This document shows positions 50,583 to 62,740 of a DNA stretch of 64,000 bases, in pieces. The translations under genes and the position numbers were made by a program. Position 1 is the first letter of the stretch. Each line of letters begins with the position of its first letter. Origin of the DNA: the human T2T-CHM13v2.0 reference genome, Homo sapiens; the NCBI RefSeq assembly GCF_009914755.1, contig NC_060935.1; one strand, given 5' to 3'. The notes below the pieces were generated by a model. It saw nothing but the letters and a program-made list of their open reading frames with translations, made no database searches and was not told where the DNA came from.

Positions 50583-50849
50583 TGAGCAAACTATCGCAAG
50601 GACAAAAAACCAAACACCGCATGTTCTCACTCATAGGTGGGAATTGAACAATGAGAACACTTGGACACAGGGTGGGGAACATCACACACTGGGGCCTGTC
50701 GTGGGGTGGGGGGAGGGGGGAGGGATAGCATTAGGAGATATACCTAATGTAAATGGGTGCAGCACACCAACATGGCACATGTATACATATGTAACAAACC
50801 TGCATGTTGCGCACATGTATCTTAGAACTTAAAGTATAATAAAAAAAAA
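50583..50849 (+). mobile_element. L1PA4/5-like 3' end, heavily 5'-truncated
   Basis: AACTATCGCAAGGACAAAAAACCAAACACCGCATG...AGAACTTAAAGTATAATAAAA; TSD AAAAAATTCCTTTGG (50542) / AAAAAATTCCCTTGG (50844). Confidence 0.93.
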
Positions 50850-51689
50850 TTCCCTTGGGTTGGAGGGAATCCAAGATGAACTTCCTAGATAAGTAAAGAT
50901 CTCATCTGGCAGCCCTGGGGTAGATGTTTTCCTTTGCCTGCTAGGTGGGGTCCTGTACACTCATCCCCTTCTACATGCAATAGACAGAGTTGAGACATAG
51001 AGCATGCTTCTGGTGGGATTCATACTTCCAGGTCCTTAGAATTAAACTCAGGTCTGATTTTCCAGGAGGGGACTATTAGCACTGCAGCAGCTTCCGTCTA
51101 CAGAGTTCAGGTGCTGCAGTTGTAATTTGTAACCAGCACTTTCCCATTTGGCTCCTTTGTGGCCATCTGGTCCCCTTAGTGGAGATCTGTTTTGTTGGCA
51201 ACTACAGTGCTGAGTAAATGCCACGGGAAAGTTGAAATTTACTCACCAGAGCTCAGTGCACCATGGAGATTCCCTTCTCAGCCTGCACAGAATGATCATC
51301 TCAGACCCCGCCTCCCCTCTCCCTGGTCCATTGCCAACACTCCTCCACAGGGATTTTTATAGTGCTACGATTATTTTATTGCCAAGAATCAGAGTAATTA
51401 TAACTTTCGGAGGGATTTCCTAGGAAAAAATGAACTTGGGTTTATGCATAAGCACATGTGAAAGAAGAGGTTTGGGACTTGTGCGTTTTATGTGGTTTTA
51501 GGCATTAACGTGAGTTTCATTTCACTTAAAATACTTAATAAGTTTCTACCCACTGTGTAATTTGTTAATAAGGATGATGATGATGATAGCTACTGTTAAT
51601 TGAGAACCTGGTATGCAACAGCCAGTAGGCCAGGTATTTTACAAGCATCTCTTCTGGTCAGTCCAACTTGGAAGGGACCGTTTAGATCA

Positions 51690-52212
51690 TGTTTCTTTTC
51701 AAATCATAGCTTGAAATCCATTAGTGAGTCATGAAATCAACTTAATGGGTCAAAACTAGCATTTTAAAAATGAAATAGGACAAAATTACATGGAACAAAA
51801 TGGAGTAGCAAGTATCAGAGAGTATTTTGAGAATAAAGAAGAATGTTTTATGAACCTTATATCTCCGTTATGAACAGATGTGTGTGTGTGGAAACTAGAC
51901 TGTGCTGGAGTGCAGTGGCGCGATCTCGCCTCACTGCACCCTCCGCCTCCCGGATTCCAGCAATTCTCCTGCCTCAGCCTCCTGAGTAGCTGAGATTACA
52001 GGCACCCGCCATCACACCTGGCTAATATTTTTTGTGTTTTTAGTAGAGACGCAGTTTCACCATGTTGGCCAGGCTGGTCTCGAGCTCCTGACCTCACGTC
52101 ATCCACCCGCCATGACCTCCTATAGTGCTGGGATCATAGATGTGAGCCACCGCACCCAGCCGAAAAATAAATTTCTTAATATGAGTTGTGCTGAAAGGTT
52201 TGAAAGCCACTG
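51690..52212 (+). mobile_element. hAT-Charlie MITE (Charlie4z-like) split by an Alu
   Basis: CTTTTCAAA...CCATTAGTGAGTCATGAAATCAACTTAATGGGTC...TTTGAAAGCCACTG. Confidence 0.7.
51904..52161 (-). mobile_element. AluS lacking its 3' end and poly(A)
   Basis: Intact Alu 5' end at 52161; sequence stops at GCTGGAGTGCAGTGG with no tail or TSD. Confidence 0.9.
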
Positions 52213-52220
52213 GCTTAACT

Positions 52221-52406
52221 GAGTGGTTCTCAAACTTCATCATGTATCATAATCACCTGAAGGGCCTATTAAAACACAGAATACTAGACTCTATCCCCAG
52301 AGTTTCTGATTCAATAGGTCTGGGTAGGGCCTAAAATTTTGCATGTCTAACAAGCTTCCAGGAGGTACAACTACTCCTAATTCCATACCACATTGGAAAA
52401 CCACTG
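52221..52406 (-). mobile_element. MER5A
   Basis: AGTGGTTCTCAAACTT...CCCCAGAGTTTCTGATTCA...AAAACCACTG. Confidence 0.88.
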
Positions 52407-53069
52407 GCCAAATTATTCCTATCTTATAGGTGGGGAAGCTGAGATTCAGAGAGAGAATGAAAGTCACCCAGGGTTCACAGCTGGTGTAATTAAGAGCTAG
52501 GATTCAGACACAACATGCCACCAAAAGAGTAAACTATGCTATGCCCACTTTGGTTTTAGAGATAAGCTATCTTCAATGAGTGAATCAGCAATAATTCCTC
52601 TCTCTATGTTTCATGTATGCTTTTGTATTTCATCTCCAAGTCATATATAAACTGCCTGAGATAGAAGAAGCACTGGAGCTTACAAGGCCAAAGCTCATAA
52701 TATTTGGATGAGGACCTAACACCCAGAATGGGGTAGTGATGACCAGGTTTGAGTAGCACAGGTTTGAGGAAGAGCATCCTTAGCCTCCATCAGTCTTTGA
52801 GAGACTCCCAACCTCACTCTGTCTACTCCTTCTTTTGTTCTCCTCTCTATAGACACCTGAGTCTTAGTTGGAGTCTTGATACGTGCGTGCTAGGGTTCAG
52901 AAAGATCCTGAAGCCAAGAGAAAGCCTCACTGCCCAGAAATTTTCCCTATATCAGCTCTGTTTCCAGGTGGGCCTCTACAGAGTCCAAAATTTGGCACTT
53001 TCTGGGCTGAGGTATTCAGTATAGTATTCAGAGGATACTTCTTTTCTTCGATAGTAACTGAGCTGAAAG

Positions 53070-53960
53070 AGCAATAGCTATGGGCTTAGACAGAGCTGGG
53101 TCAAATCCTGTGTCCATTACTATGTGATTCTGAGCCATTTACCAAATTATTTTCCAGGTCTGGATTTGTTGTCTTTTATATAAGACTCCAAATATCTATA
53201 ACTTCATAGAAATATTTTGAGGATTAATAATGCAAATAAAGCAGCATGGTGTTAGCTTGGTATTTAATGGGTCCTAAATAAGTAATAGAGATCATGTTCT
53301 TCATCCACTCACAAATATTTATCAAGCACCTACTATGTTTCAGGCATTGTGCCGTGTCTATGAAAAATACAAAGTTGCCTTCGAGCAGCTCACAATCTAT
53401 TGCTAAACTGGCCTACCCGTCTCCACTCTAATCCCATGCCTGTGTCAGACATGGTTAATCAATTGTGGTATCATTTCACACTGAGCTCAATGTGCAACTT
53501 TAGCCTCCTTCTCCATACAGCCATTCAGACAGCACTGCCAGGCAGATGGAGTGAGCACAGACTCCTAACTTCTTTGCTTACCTTAGTTTGGTGAGAGAAA
53601 CCCAGAAATGGACAATTACTTTGGTGAGTGGCCAATGCCACGATAAGGGAAAGCAGAGGTCCCCAGGAGCTGTGTGAGGGCTGCTAAATTTTCTGGAGAG
53701 GGTGTGGTGTCTAACCAGAAAAAGCTGAGTCTGGAAGGACAAATAGTAGTTAATTATGTTCAGATGCGAGCTGGTGATGAGGGAGAAGGGCAATCCAGGC
53801 AGGGAATACAAGGTTTTGGAGGCAAGAGGGAACAGGGAGCACTTGGGGGAACTGGAAGGACAGAGTGTGGGGGCAGGGGCTGGGGAGAGCTGACACAGTG
53901 GCAGTAGGGAAGGGCCGGGCTAGGGGTCCTTCCTGGCCATGCTGAAGTCAGGGGACCCTC
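53070..53960. mobile_element. MIR (+, ~53070-53290) followed by L2 pieces (-, ~53300-53960)
   Basis: GGGTCAAATCCTG...TATGTGATTCTGAGC; ACAAATATTTATCAAGCACCTACTATGTTTCAGGCATTGTG. Confidence 0.7.
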
Positions 53961-56859
53961 ACCATGCCCCAGGGAGCAGGCAGGTGAGTGTCTGCCATGC
54001 TGCACCCGGAAAGAAGGTTGAACTGATACAGATTAACCTGGAGAAAAGAAGCCAATAGGCAAGAAATGTTTCTCCTCTGTGTGAAAATCCTCGAATTCAG
54101 TGAAAATATTTAAGGGATAATGGAGGCATTTCTCTATTTCATACGGTAGTAATCCAGGTCCCTCAGGATCAAGCGCAGAACCTGATTAGTGCTGGGCCAG
54201 AGCAGCCCAGAGCACCCGTTTCCATCACGAGCTGACTGCAGGCTACACTCTAGTGGGACTGTTTGTTTAAAAAAATGCCATCCCTGCTTTAAAAACCTGT
54301 CTTTCTCCCTGAGCCAGAGCTCTGTTGCTATTGTGAGGGGCTGGGGCCCGGAAAAATAGCTAAGGCCACACTCTTGGGGGTCATTGGCTTTGAATTTTAG
54401 CTGCAGAAGTTTCTCGTTAATAAGCTTTAGAGTTTCAGGAATATGAAAGAAGTGAGAAGGGGATACAGGATAGATCCTGCTGATGAGAGCAGAATGAAGC
54501 AAACAGGCAATATCCCTCTAAGAGAGGGCCTGGCATTCAGACTTGTCCTACTCCTGGGCAACCTTGGGCAAGTCCCTTCTCCTCTTTAGGCCTCAGTTTT
54601 CTCATCTGCAGAATGGAGAAGTGGGAATCACACTATCCAAATTTCCTTTCATCTATAATATTCCTTGTTTAGACAGTGGTTGCCCAGGAGATGTGGTTCA
54701 TAGGGATTTCAATCAGCAAATTTGTCAGGCTCTGTCTGTTCTCATCTGTCAGAGGGATGTGCCTTGTTAACATGCCTTGTTCAAATTTGCTGCTGTGATT
54801 GGAGACAAACTCGTGCAAAAAGGTTAGGCCTTCCTGGCAGGCCCACACTTGAAAATGGACTGCATCCCTACAGTTTGCATTTAGGACTTTTGTGTTAGAC
54901 TCAGAATGCACTTTTCAGGGAGCATTTAATTTGAAGATAACTTTCATGGCCAATGCACAGAAACCCTGTTTAGTCTTTAATGGAATTAAAATAATATTAG
55001 CTTTATAGAACCAAGCTTATAATATTACTATTTTTACGGGCTAGCCTGGAGTTGGGCTCTTTTGTGAGCTAGCCTGGAATAGCACTGTTTTGAAGGGGCT
55101 CCTATGCAGTAGTTCTGTTTCTATGGATTGGTCTGAGATAGTGTTGATTATTGACAAGCTAACTTAAAATGGAGCTATTTTACAGGGGAGCCTGGGAAAC
55201 CATCTGTGAAGGGTCACTTTCCACTTTCCTTAGGTAAGAGGGCACTGGGAGTGTCATTGCTCCTGAGGTTGTGTCGGCATGGATGGGAAGGGTTCAGGGT
55301 GCTCCTGATCCGCCAAAGAAAAGACAGCCCCCTGCTAGAGGAGAGGACTACCCGGCCATGGTGGCCATGGAGATGTTATCATTTCCATTCCAAGATTTTC
55401 CCATATCTACAGGTAGAGTCGAATCACAGATCTTAACTTTTTCTTTTATAAAATAGCTTCTTTGTATTAAATAACCATTATCATCCCAACAGATTTTAAT
55501 TATTTTAATTGTTATTAAATAAATCAAATTTAATTAGTTCAGAGAAAACTTCTGTAATTTCCAATTCATGAGGAAAGCCTAAGTAAAAATATCTGGCCTT
55601 TTTGTGTGTTGGAAAGTTATAGAAACAGGAACTCGAGAGAAAGTCCCCTGATTAGGGCTTTTGAGAAAGTGACCAGACCAAATTTATAGCTGAACTGTAA
55701 GGATGAAAGATGATATAGCATAAGGCATAGTCATTTGAGGATCCACTATGGGCCACAGTTTATTCTTATTATCCCACTTGATCCTCAAAACTATCCCGTA
55801 ATGTAGGCATTTTTAATATCCTTTTTACAGTTGGGGAAACTGAGGTTTAGCTAACCAGTAGCGGAGGCACAGTTCAAATTCAGCTGTCTGATTCCTTTGC
55901 TCTTTCTAATATTTTAGGATTAGAAATGATCTATGTCCTAAGGCATGAGCTCAGAAGGGAATCAGTAGAGAGGAATTAACCAGTTAAAGTGGTGGATCAG
56001 AGAGCACCAACTGTTTCCCACAAAGTGTGACACTTTCTAGAGATGTAGGGGTCTAGAAATATACATGAATGTGTTTCATTAAAATGCGGTTCACAGCACA
56101 GAGTTCATTTAGTTGAATTTCTTATTTCCACGAGAAGAGTGATGACGATGATAATGTTGGTGCTGTGTGTGTTTGATATTTTATTTAAATTTTTATAGCG
56201 ATGTGCCAGATGGGAAGACAGGCAGCATTTATAAAAGCCTTGTCTCTGTGTTGGGTGACAGGCCAAGGGAATGGGTTGGATATTTCATTTGTCTGTATTG
56301 GTGGGATTTCCCCTCCTGTGACCTCGATGCGGAAAATCCATTTGCACCTGTCCACAATCCCTTATTTTCTCTACCAAATGCCCCAATCGTGCCTGTCCCT
56401 GAGACGTGGCTGGCAGCTACACTCTTGGGAGAGATCATTTCTAGTTTGGGGGTGAAGCCTGCAGTTTCTCTTTGCTTTTGTTTCTGAAAGTCTGTGAACA
56501 AGGTAGGAGGTGTGCAGGTGCCAAAGCCAGCTGCTGCTCAGAGCAGATGAGCCTTTCTTGGAAATTGTCCCAGACGATGAATTGCTTGCGTGATGCAGAG
56601 AGATGCTCTAGAAAATTGTCCATTCACTGAGACCGCTCTTCGACTCTTGAATGCACTGACACTTGCTTATTCTACAGCTCTACATAGCTAAGGAAGGAGC
56701 CACACACGAGGGCTCTGAAGAAGCCACGGGATGAACCCAGAGGAGTCTGTCAGTTGGGACAGGTCATGGACACATGCAAGGAGCGGCAAGGGTGGTGTGC
56801 AGGGACAGGTCACTGGGCAGATGCTCCCTGTCCCCTGCTTCAGTTATGCAAGTGTTGGC

Positions 56860-57034
56860 ACTAATTGTTACAGAGATCTTAGAAAACACAGAAAGTTGTA
56901 AAGAAGAAAATAAATTCACTACGAGTCTTGCTACAAAAATGGGATTTTTAAATGTATTTCTCTAATTCTGAGAACTCTCTCTCTCTTTATCAGCCATGAT
57001 TCACTCTTTCTATCTTGTTCTCTCTTCTCTCTCT

Positions 57035-57093
<59 letters not shown>

Positions 57094-57500
57094 TAGATAG
57101 AGAGAGAGAGATGGATATCTATCTGTAATCCAAATTGGGATCACATTACATGTACATGTATAATTCTCTAGCTCAATTTTTCCTCTTAACAGTAGAGCGT
57201 CCACTTTCCCCTATGATGTTACATTTTCTTCAGAATTAACATTTTTAATATGTCAGATATGATATTTAAATTTTTAGAAAAGCCATAACTTGTCTAGTCA
57301 ATAAGGCATATTTCTTCTGTGAGTATACCGTAATTTAACAAATCTATTGACTACTGTCAGATATTTAGGCTGTTTTTAGTTTCTTCAAAATAATATTATT
57401 TTAATGTACATCTTTGAACACAAATCTTGGTGGTAATTTCTGATTATTTCCATAGAGAAGATTTTTAGAAGTAAGTTAAAAACCATGAACTTAAGACAAG
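56860..57500 (-). mobile_element. Very old L1 (L1ME-like) 3' fragment
   Basis: ATACCGTAATTTAACAAATCTATT...GATATTTAGGCTGTTT...TACATCTTTG...ATTATTTCCATAG. Confidence 0.55.
57026..57111. repeat. Compound microsatellite (CT)n(CA)n(GA)n
   Basis: CT 57026-57038, AC 57039-57069, GA/GATA 57070-57111. Confidence 0.95.
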
Positions 57501-58134
57501 AAAATCACTCGTGGTGTTTGCAACTGACTTGCTTTCTGGGTACCTTTCCATTGGAGGTGAAATAACTTGTTTTATCACATCCTGGATGGACAGATGTTTT
57601 TCCATGAGAGGCCGAACATTGAATTTAGAGTAAGTTAAAGGTAACTGATGCCCAGTGTTGCCAAAAACATCCGGGAAGTGTTTTGATCCTTGTGAGGATC
57701 TGTGGACCTCTCAGATCTGGGGCGAATCAGAATGGCATCTTGCTGCCAGAATCAGCGTCCTGTCTTTGGAGCAGGTTGTCTAAGGGCAGGTGAGAAAATA
57801 CTGGGTGAGAGATGAACTCCCTGTCCTTAGTTCTGACAAGAGCTGCAGAAGATCTGGCCTGGTCCTGGCCAGAAAGAGCTTTCAGTCTGGCAGTGGAGGC
57901 TGGGCTTAATCTGAACTGAAGAAGTGGGCTGCAGAGAAAGGCATGAAGAAATGTGCTTCATAGCCATGGAAGCATGAGGCTCAGAGAAGGGAGAGGCCAC
58001 ATGGGTGAGAATCAACAGCGAGTCTTCCAGTGGGAGGTGGGCATAAGGAAGGGAGGCTTGGGTGGGCAGAAGGAGCTGATGAGGGTAATGGTACATGGAA
58101 GGCAATTAGCATGGCTGAGACTGTCCTAGGGAGA

Positions 58135-58820
58135 GGCTGTGGTCTTAGTGGTAGAGCATGGAGGTTCTTGAGTCAGACAAACTTGGCTTCCATCCCCAAC
58201 TCCACTACTCACTTGCTGCGTGATCTTGGGCAAGTTAGTCAATGCACTTGAACTTCAGTTTTCTCATCTGTAAAAATATTTTTTAAATGCCTAGAGTTGT
58301 ATATTAGTTTCTGAGAGCTGCTGTAACAAAGTGCCACAAACTGGGAGATTTAAAGCAACAGAAATTTATGGTCTCACAGTTCTGGTGCTAGAAGTCCAAA
58401 ATCTAGGTGTTGGGAGGGCTACGCCACCCTGAAGGCTCTAGGGGAGGGTCTTTCCTTGCCTCTTCCAGTTCCTGGAAGGCATTCTTTGGCTTGTGACAAC
58501 ATCACTCTGATCTCTGCCTCCATCTTCTCCCTGGGTGTCTCTGTGTCTTCTTGTGGCATTCTCCTTTCTGTGTCTCTCTCCTCTTCTTATAAGGACATCA
58601 CTCATTAAGAGTCCTCTCTACTCTAATGTGACCTCTTCTTAACTAATTACATTTGTAATAACCTTATTTCCAAATAAGGTCACTTTCTGGGGATTAGGAC
58701 TTCAATATATCTTTTGGGATAACAAAATTCAACTCATAACAGGAAGATTAAATTGAAATAAAATTCATTGTCTAGTGTCAGCATGTAGTAAATCTCAAAA
58801 TTTGGAAGCTATTATTATTA
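58135..58820 (+). mobile_element. MIR split by an MLT1 LTR
   Basis: GTGATCTTGGGCAAGTTAG...CAGTTTTCTCATCTGTAAAA before the LTR, GATTAAATTGA...GCATGTAGTAA after it. Confidence 0.75.
58300..58741 (-). mobile_element. MLT1B/C MaLR solo LTR
   Basis: GCTGCTGTAACAAAGTGCCACAAACTGGG...ATTTCCAAATAAGGTCAC...AATTCAACTCATAACA. Confidence 0.88.
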
Positions 58821-60304
58821 TTACTGCATAGTGAGGTCCTTCTCTGATGTTACTGTATTTTGAGGTAGCTTTTTATTTCTCATTTTTTAGAAGGGAAAAT
58901 TGAGGTACAAAGGGGTTACATGAAATATAGATCAAATAATGGTTTAAGTGAAGATATTCTGGAGACAAAGAACTGAGGTTTGAGTCCCTGTGGAGCTGTA
59001 AAATTGAGATAACCAAACTTAACTCATAGGATTATCATGAGTTCTTAGGTTCTCATGATTAATCTCATGATTAAATGAGATAATTCGTGGAATGCACCTA
59101 GCATAGTACCTGGCATGTGGAAAGTATTCAGAAACTGCAGTCCTCTGGCATTGCCCAAGTGGCAGAGCTGGAAGCAAACCCTATTATACAAGAGTGATGT
59201 CAAAGTTTCTTTCCAAGGAACCCACTGCCTCCTAAAGATCAGTGGCTGTTCCTCTTGCTCCAGTTCTAGCACCAAGAACATCCATGTGTGAATGAAAGTC
59301 ATGAATGAGCTGAGTCAGAGCCCCAGGGTGAAGCAGAGTGGTAGAGAAGCCATCTCTTTAGGCTGTGATCTTCACACTTCCCCATTAACTCTATGGGAAG
59401 AGGTGGAGAATAGCAAGGGGCTTATAAGTTTGGCCTCTATGTTCCAGAGGATTTCGTACACTCTGCCTTTCCTGCACAACTGGGTGGGAAAATCTACCAT
59501 TCCTAGAGCCCATTTCCACTGGTCCTACTAATTAAAACATCTGATCCACCAGAACCATTTTCCCCATGTGGTTAGTGGCATTGGTTTCAGCCTTCACCCT
59601 CCTGAATATTCTGGCTCTAGCATTCCACTGTGGTCTCTCACCTCGCTTTCCCAGGTACACTCTCACTTGCAGGATCCCGGCAGCCTTTTCCCTGGAAAAC
59701 CTGGCAGGAATTTGAAAGCGCAGGCAAAAAGAAGGAAAAAAACCACTGAAGTCCAAGCATCATTGTTTAACTGGGCTATGATATTTTCTGGCTATTCTGT
59801 ATGTTCTGTCTGTTCTACATCTTTTTACTGGACTCCTTTCAGTTATTGTGTTTACTGTATTGAATTTTCTCACCTAGGCAGCTTCGGCTGGCAAGCAAAG
59901 CCCCACAAGAACCCCTCACTTTGCTCCTCTGTCTTCTTAGAAGGAGGAAAGAATGCAAAATAAGGCAGCCACCTGTGCCTTTTCATTAACACTAAGAGAG
60001 GAAGGTGCCAGATGACCTGGAGATAGCTTGACTGTGGCCACAGGCCATGTCAGGCAGCCCTTGTGGTGGTTTCTGTGAGCTTGCTTCTGCAAAGACTCCC
60101 TGCTCCACTGGGGCTGAGGTAGGGGTGGAAGACCTGGAAGAGCCAGTGAATTAGTGCTAGTGGAGCTATGGGGCTTCAAGGACCTGTTGGCTTCCCTGAT
60201 CACTCATGTAGGTGTTTAGACCATTCCCTAGACAGACTCCAGATGATTTTTCATGACTCCAGTAACATTCCTGTACTATAAGCTCCTTGGAATCTTATAA
60301 GCCT

Positions 60305-61075
60305 AGATCAGGGTTCCAGTAGGAAGCAGGTGGAACACTGGAAAGGGTGATTGGAGAGGACTTAATCAAGGGACAATTTACCAAGCCATGTGCAGGTGTC
60401 TCAATCAATGTTATACTGCTGTAAAAGAATACCTGAGACTGGGTAATTTATAAAGAATAGAGATTTATTTCTTACAGTTGTGGAAGCTCAGAAGTCTGAT
60501 ATCAAGAAGACGGCATCTTGTGAGGGCCTTCTTGCTGAATTATCCCATGGCAAAGGAGAGAGAGACTGTGAGCCAAACTCACTTTTATAACAAATCTGTT
60601 CTTGTGATAATAGACCTATTCCCATGACAATGACAATAATCTATCGTGACCATAATGACCTAATCACCTCTTAAAGGTCCCATTTCCCAACACTGTTACA
60701 TAGGGGATTAAGTTTTCAACACATGAAACTTGAGGGACATATTCAAATCATTGCAGCAGGGTTAGAGGAACCAATGGGGACTGGCAAAAGCAATAATTGT
60801 TTCAACTCTTCGATCCAAAGATCAAAGTGGAAGAACTACAGACTTGGATAAGGGGCTCCCTTGGCTTTGGGGAGAGCAATGAGACAAGCCTGAGGGACAT
60901 AGGGGATAACCACTCAATCTCCCTTCTCTTCCTTCTCTTGTCAGTGTCCCTCATTGACCAAGACAGCAAGGGAGCCCAGATAATGTAGTCTGTAGAGTCA
61001 GCCTCCCAAGCCACAGAGCATAGCAAAGTGTCTGGAAGGGATCTGGTGGGGCAAAGAGATAAAATCAACCACCTC
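60305..61075 (-). mobile_element. LTR33-family (ERVL) LTR split by MST
   Basis: CAGGGTTCCAGTAGGAAGCAGGTGG; GCAAGGGAGCCC...GTCAGCCTCCC...CACAGAGCA...GGATCTGGTGGGGCAAA. Confidence 0.65.
60397..60755 (-). mobile_element. MSTC/MSTD MaLR solo LTR
   Basis: GAATACCTGAGACTGGGTAATTTATAAAG...ATGACCTAATCACCTCTTAAAGG; TG...CA ends; 5-bp TSD GCAGG (60392 / 60756). Confidence 0.88.
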
Positions 61076-61299
61076 TAAATTCTCTCTTTCTAATGAAGGA
61101 CCATTTGGTGTCCCCCAGACTTACAGCAGTATTCTAGCACTTTCATTGAAGTCTGCCTTCTGTGCCTTTCCACAAATGACCCCTAGCACTCCTGGCCACA
61201 TCCTCGTGTTACCAGTGGCCTTTTGAATACTGCACTAAGGTAGGGATGGGGATCCATGTCAACCATACACACCAAGGAGGCAGTTGGTTCCTTTGTGCA

Positions 61300-62740
61300 G
61301 GTCACTTAAACTTCCCAAGTCTCCATTTATTCATCTGTGAGTTGGAAACAGTAATACTCACATCAGCAGGTGGTTGAGGTGAGAACACGCTTATAATGCC
61401 CTTAGCCAGTGTCCAGCACATACTCAATGCCCAACATATAGCAGTATTAATAAGAAGCGACAGCAATAACTATTTCTTGAGTGCTTCCTCTGTGCCGGCC
61501 ATGTGGTGTGTACTTCAGGACTACCTGAAATCTCTTCAGTAAGATTTCCTTCTCACTGGTGAAGGAGGTGCTATTACCATCACAATCTTACCAGTGCAGG
61601 ACCTGAGGGTAAGTGGGGTTAGGCAGCTGTCCATAATCATGCAGAGAGTAATGATAGAGCTGACTCAGGCTCTATGCTTGCAACCATTACCTTCCATTAC
61701 CTCTCAGTACTGATTACATCGCCATCCTCATCCTTATTAGGTGTTCATTTTTGATTTTCAACCAGCAAACAGTAAGTATGAAGAAGGCAGTGCTTAAACC
61801 GCTAAGTAAATCTAGTGGAGCTGCGGGCCCTACTGCACCTCCCCTGGCACCCGCGTGGCTGCCAGAGCCACCAGAGCCTTGGCTGCTCCAATTGACTTCA
61901 CCCCACTGCTATTCCCACAGATGCTGCTCTCAGATCCTCCCTCCTACCTGGGCCTTCACTGAATATCACAGTTAGGCCTGCCAGAGTCCCCAAAACTTCA
62001 GATCTGTTGAAATAAGAAACAGATCAAGGGATAACGTGTACTTATCCCAACTAACGGGTTGCTTTTAAACTTAATTATGTATATCTTAATTCCTTAGTCC
62101 TGCTCTTAGCTTCATTACTCCTGTCTGTGTTGTTGGGCAGGTATTCTTTCTTCTCTGGGTCTCAGTTTGTTCATCTGTAGAATGGGAGATTAGACTGTGT
62201 TTTCTGCAATCCCTTTCAGTTCAAATTCTCTTATAGTAAGCTGGAGGTATAGACAGGAACATGGGGCAGAGAGGTCCTATGGTATAGAGGATAAGCACAT
62301 AGATTCCAAAGTAAGGTTCTTGGTTTAGGTCCTGGCTTCAACTTCTACCTGCTCTGTGATGTTGGACAATTATTTCACCACTCTGTGCCTCAGGTTCCTC
62401 ATCTGTAAAGTGGGGATAGAGTATTTACCTTATAGAGTTGTCCCGAGAATTCAGTAATTGATACATGTAAAGTGCCTAGAACGATACCAATAATAGATGT
62501 ATCATGTAAATATAAGTCATTAATATTATTATGAGTAATAATGCTGTTATTATTGAGCCTGGAGTAATACAGGGCGGGTGTAGTAGCCTCACGCTGTCAG
62601 GCTGGGCAAATTCCTTAATCACTTTGGGTCCTCATTTCCTCTTGTGTAGTCAGAGTTAGATCTCACTGATTGTCAAGAAGATTAAATGGGATGATACTTG
62701 TAAACTCCTGGCCCCTAGCAGGCCTCAGGAAGTGTTGTTA
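61300..62740. mobile_element. MIR cluster (+ ~61300-61460, - ~61460-61700, + ~62100-62230, + ~62280-62540, + ~62600-62740)
   Basis: CTCTGTGCCTCAGGTTCCTCATCTGTAAAGTGGGGATA...ACATGTAAAGTGCCTAGAAC and related cores. Confidence 0.75.

Noticed and set aside
51892-51905. AACTAGACTGTG resembles miR-708-3p / miR-28 family; the L2 segment at 38110-38145 resembles their 5p arm
   Set aside because: No complementary arm nearby to form a precursor; these miRNAs derive from L2, so partial matches are expected
61300-61700. Tail-to-tail MIR pair as a dsRNA or miRNA source (also the inverted L2 tails at 30620-30850)
   Set aside because: Copies are too diverged for a convincing stem by eye, and such pairs are common in MIR/L2-rich DNA
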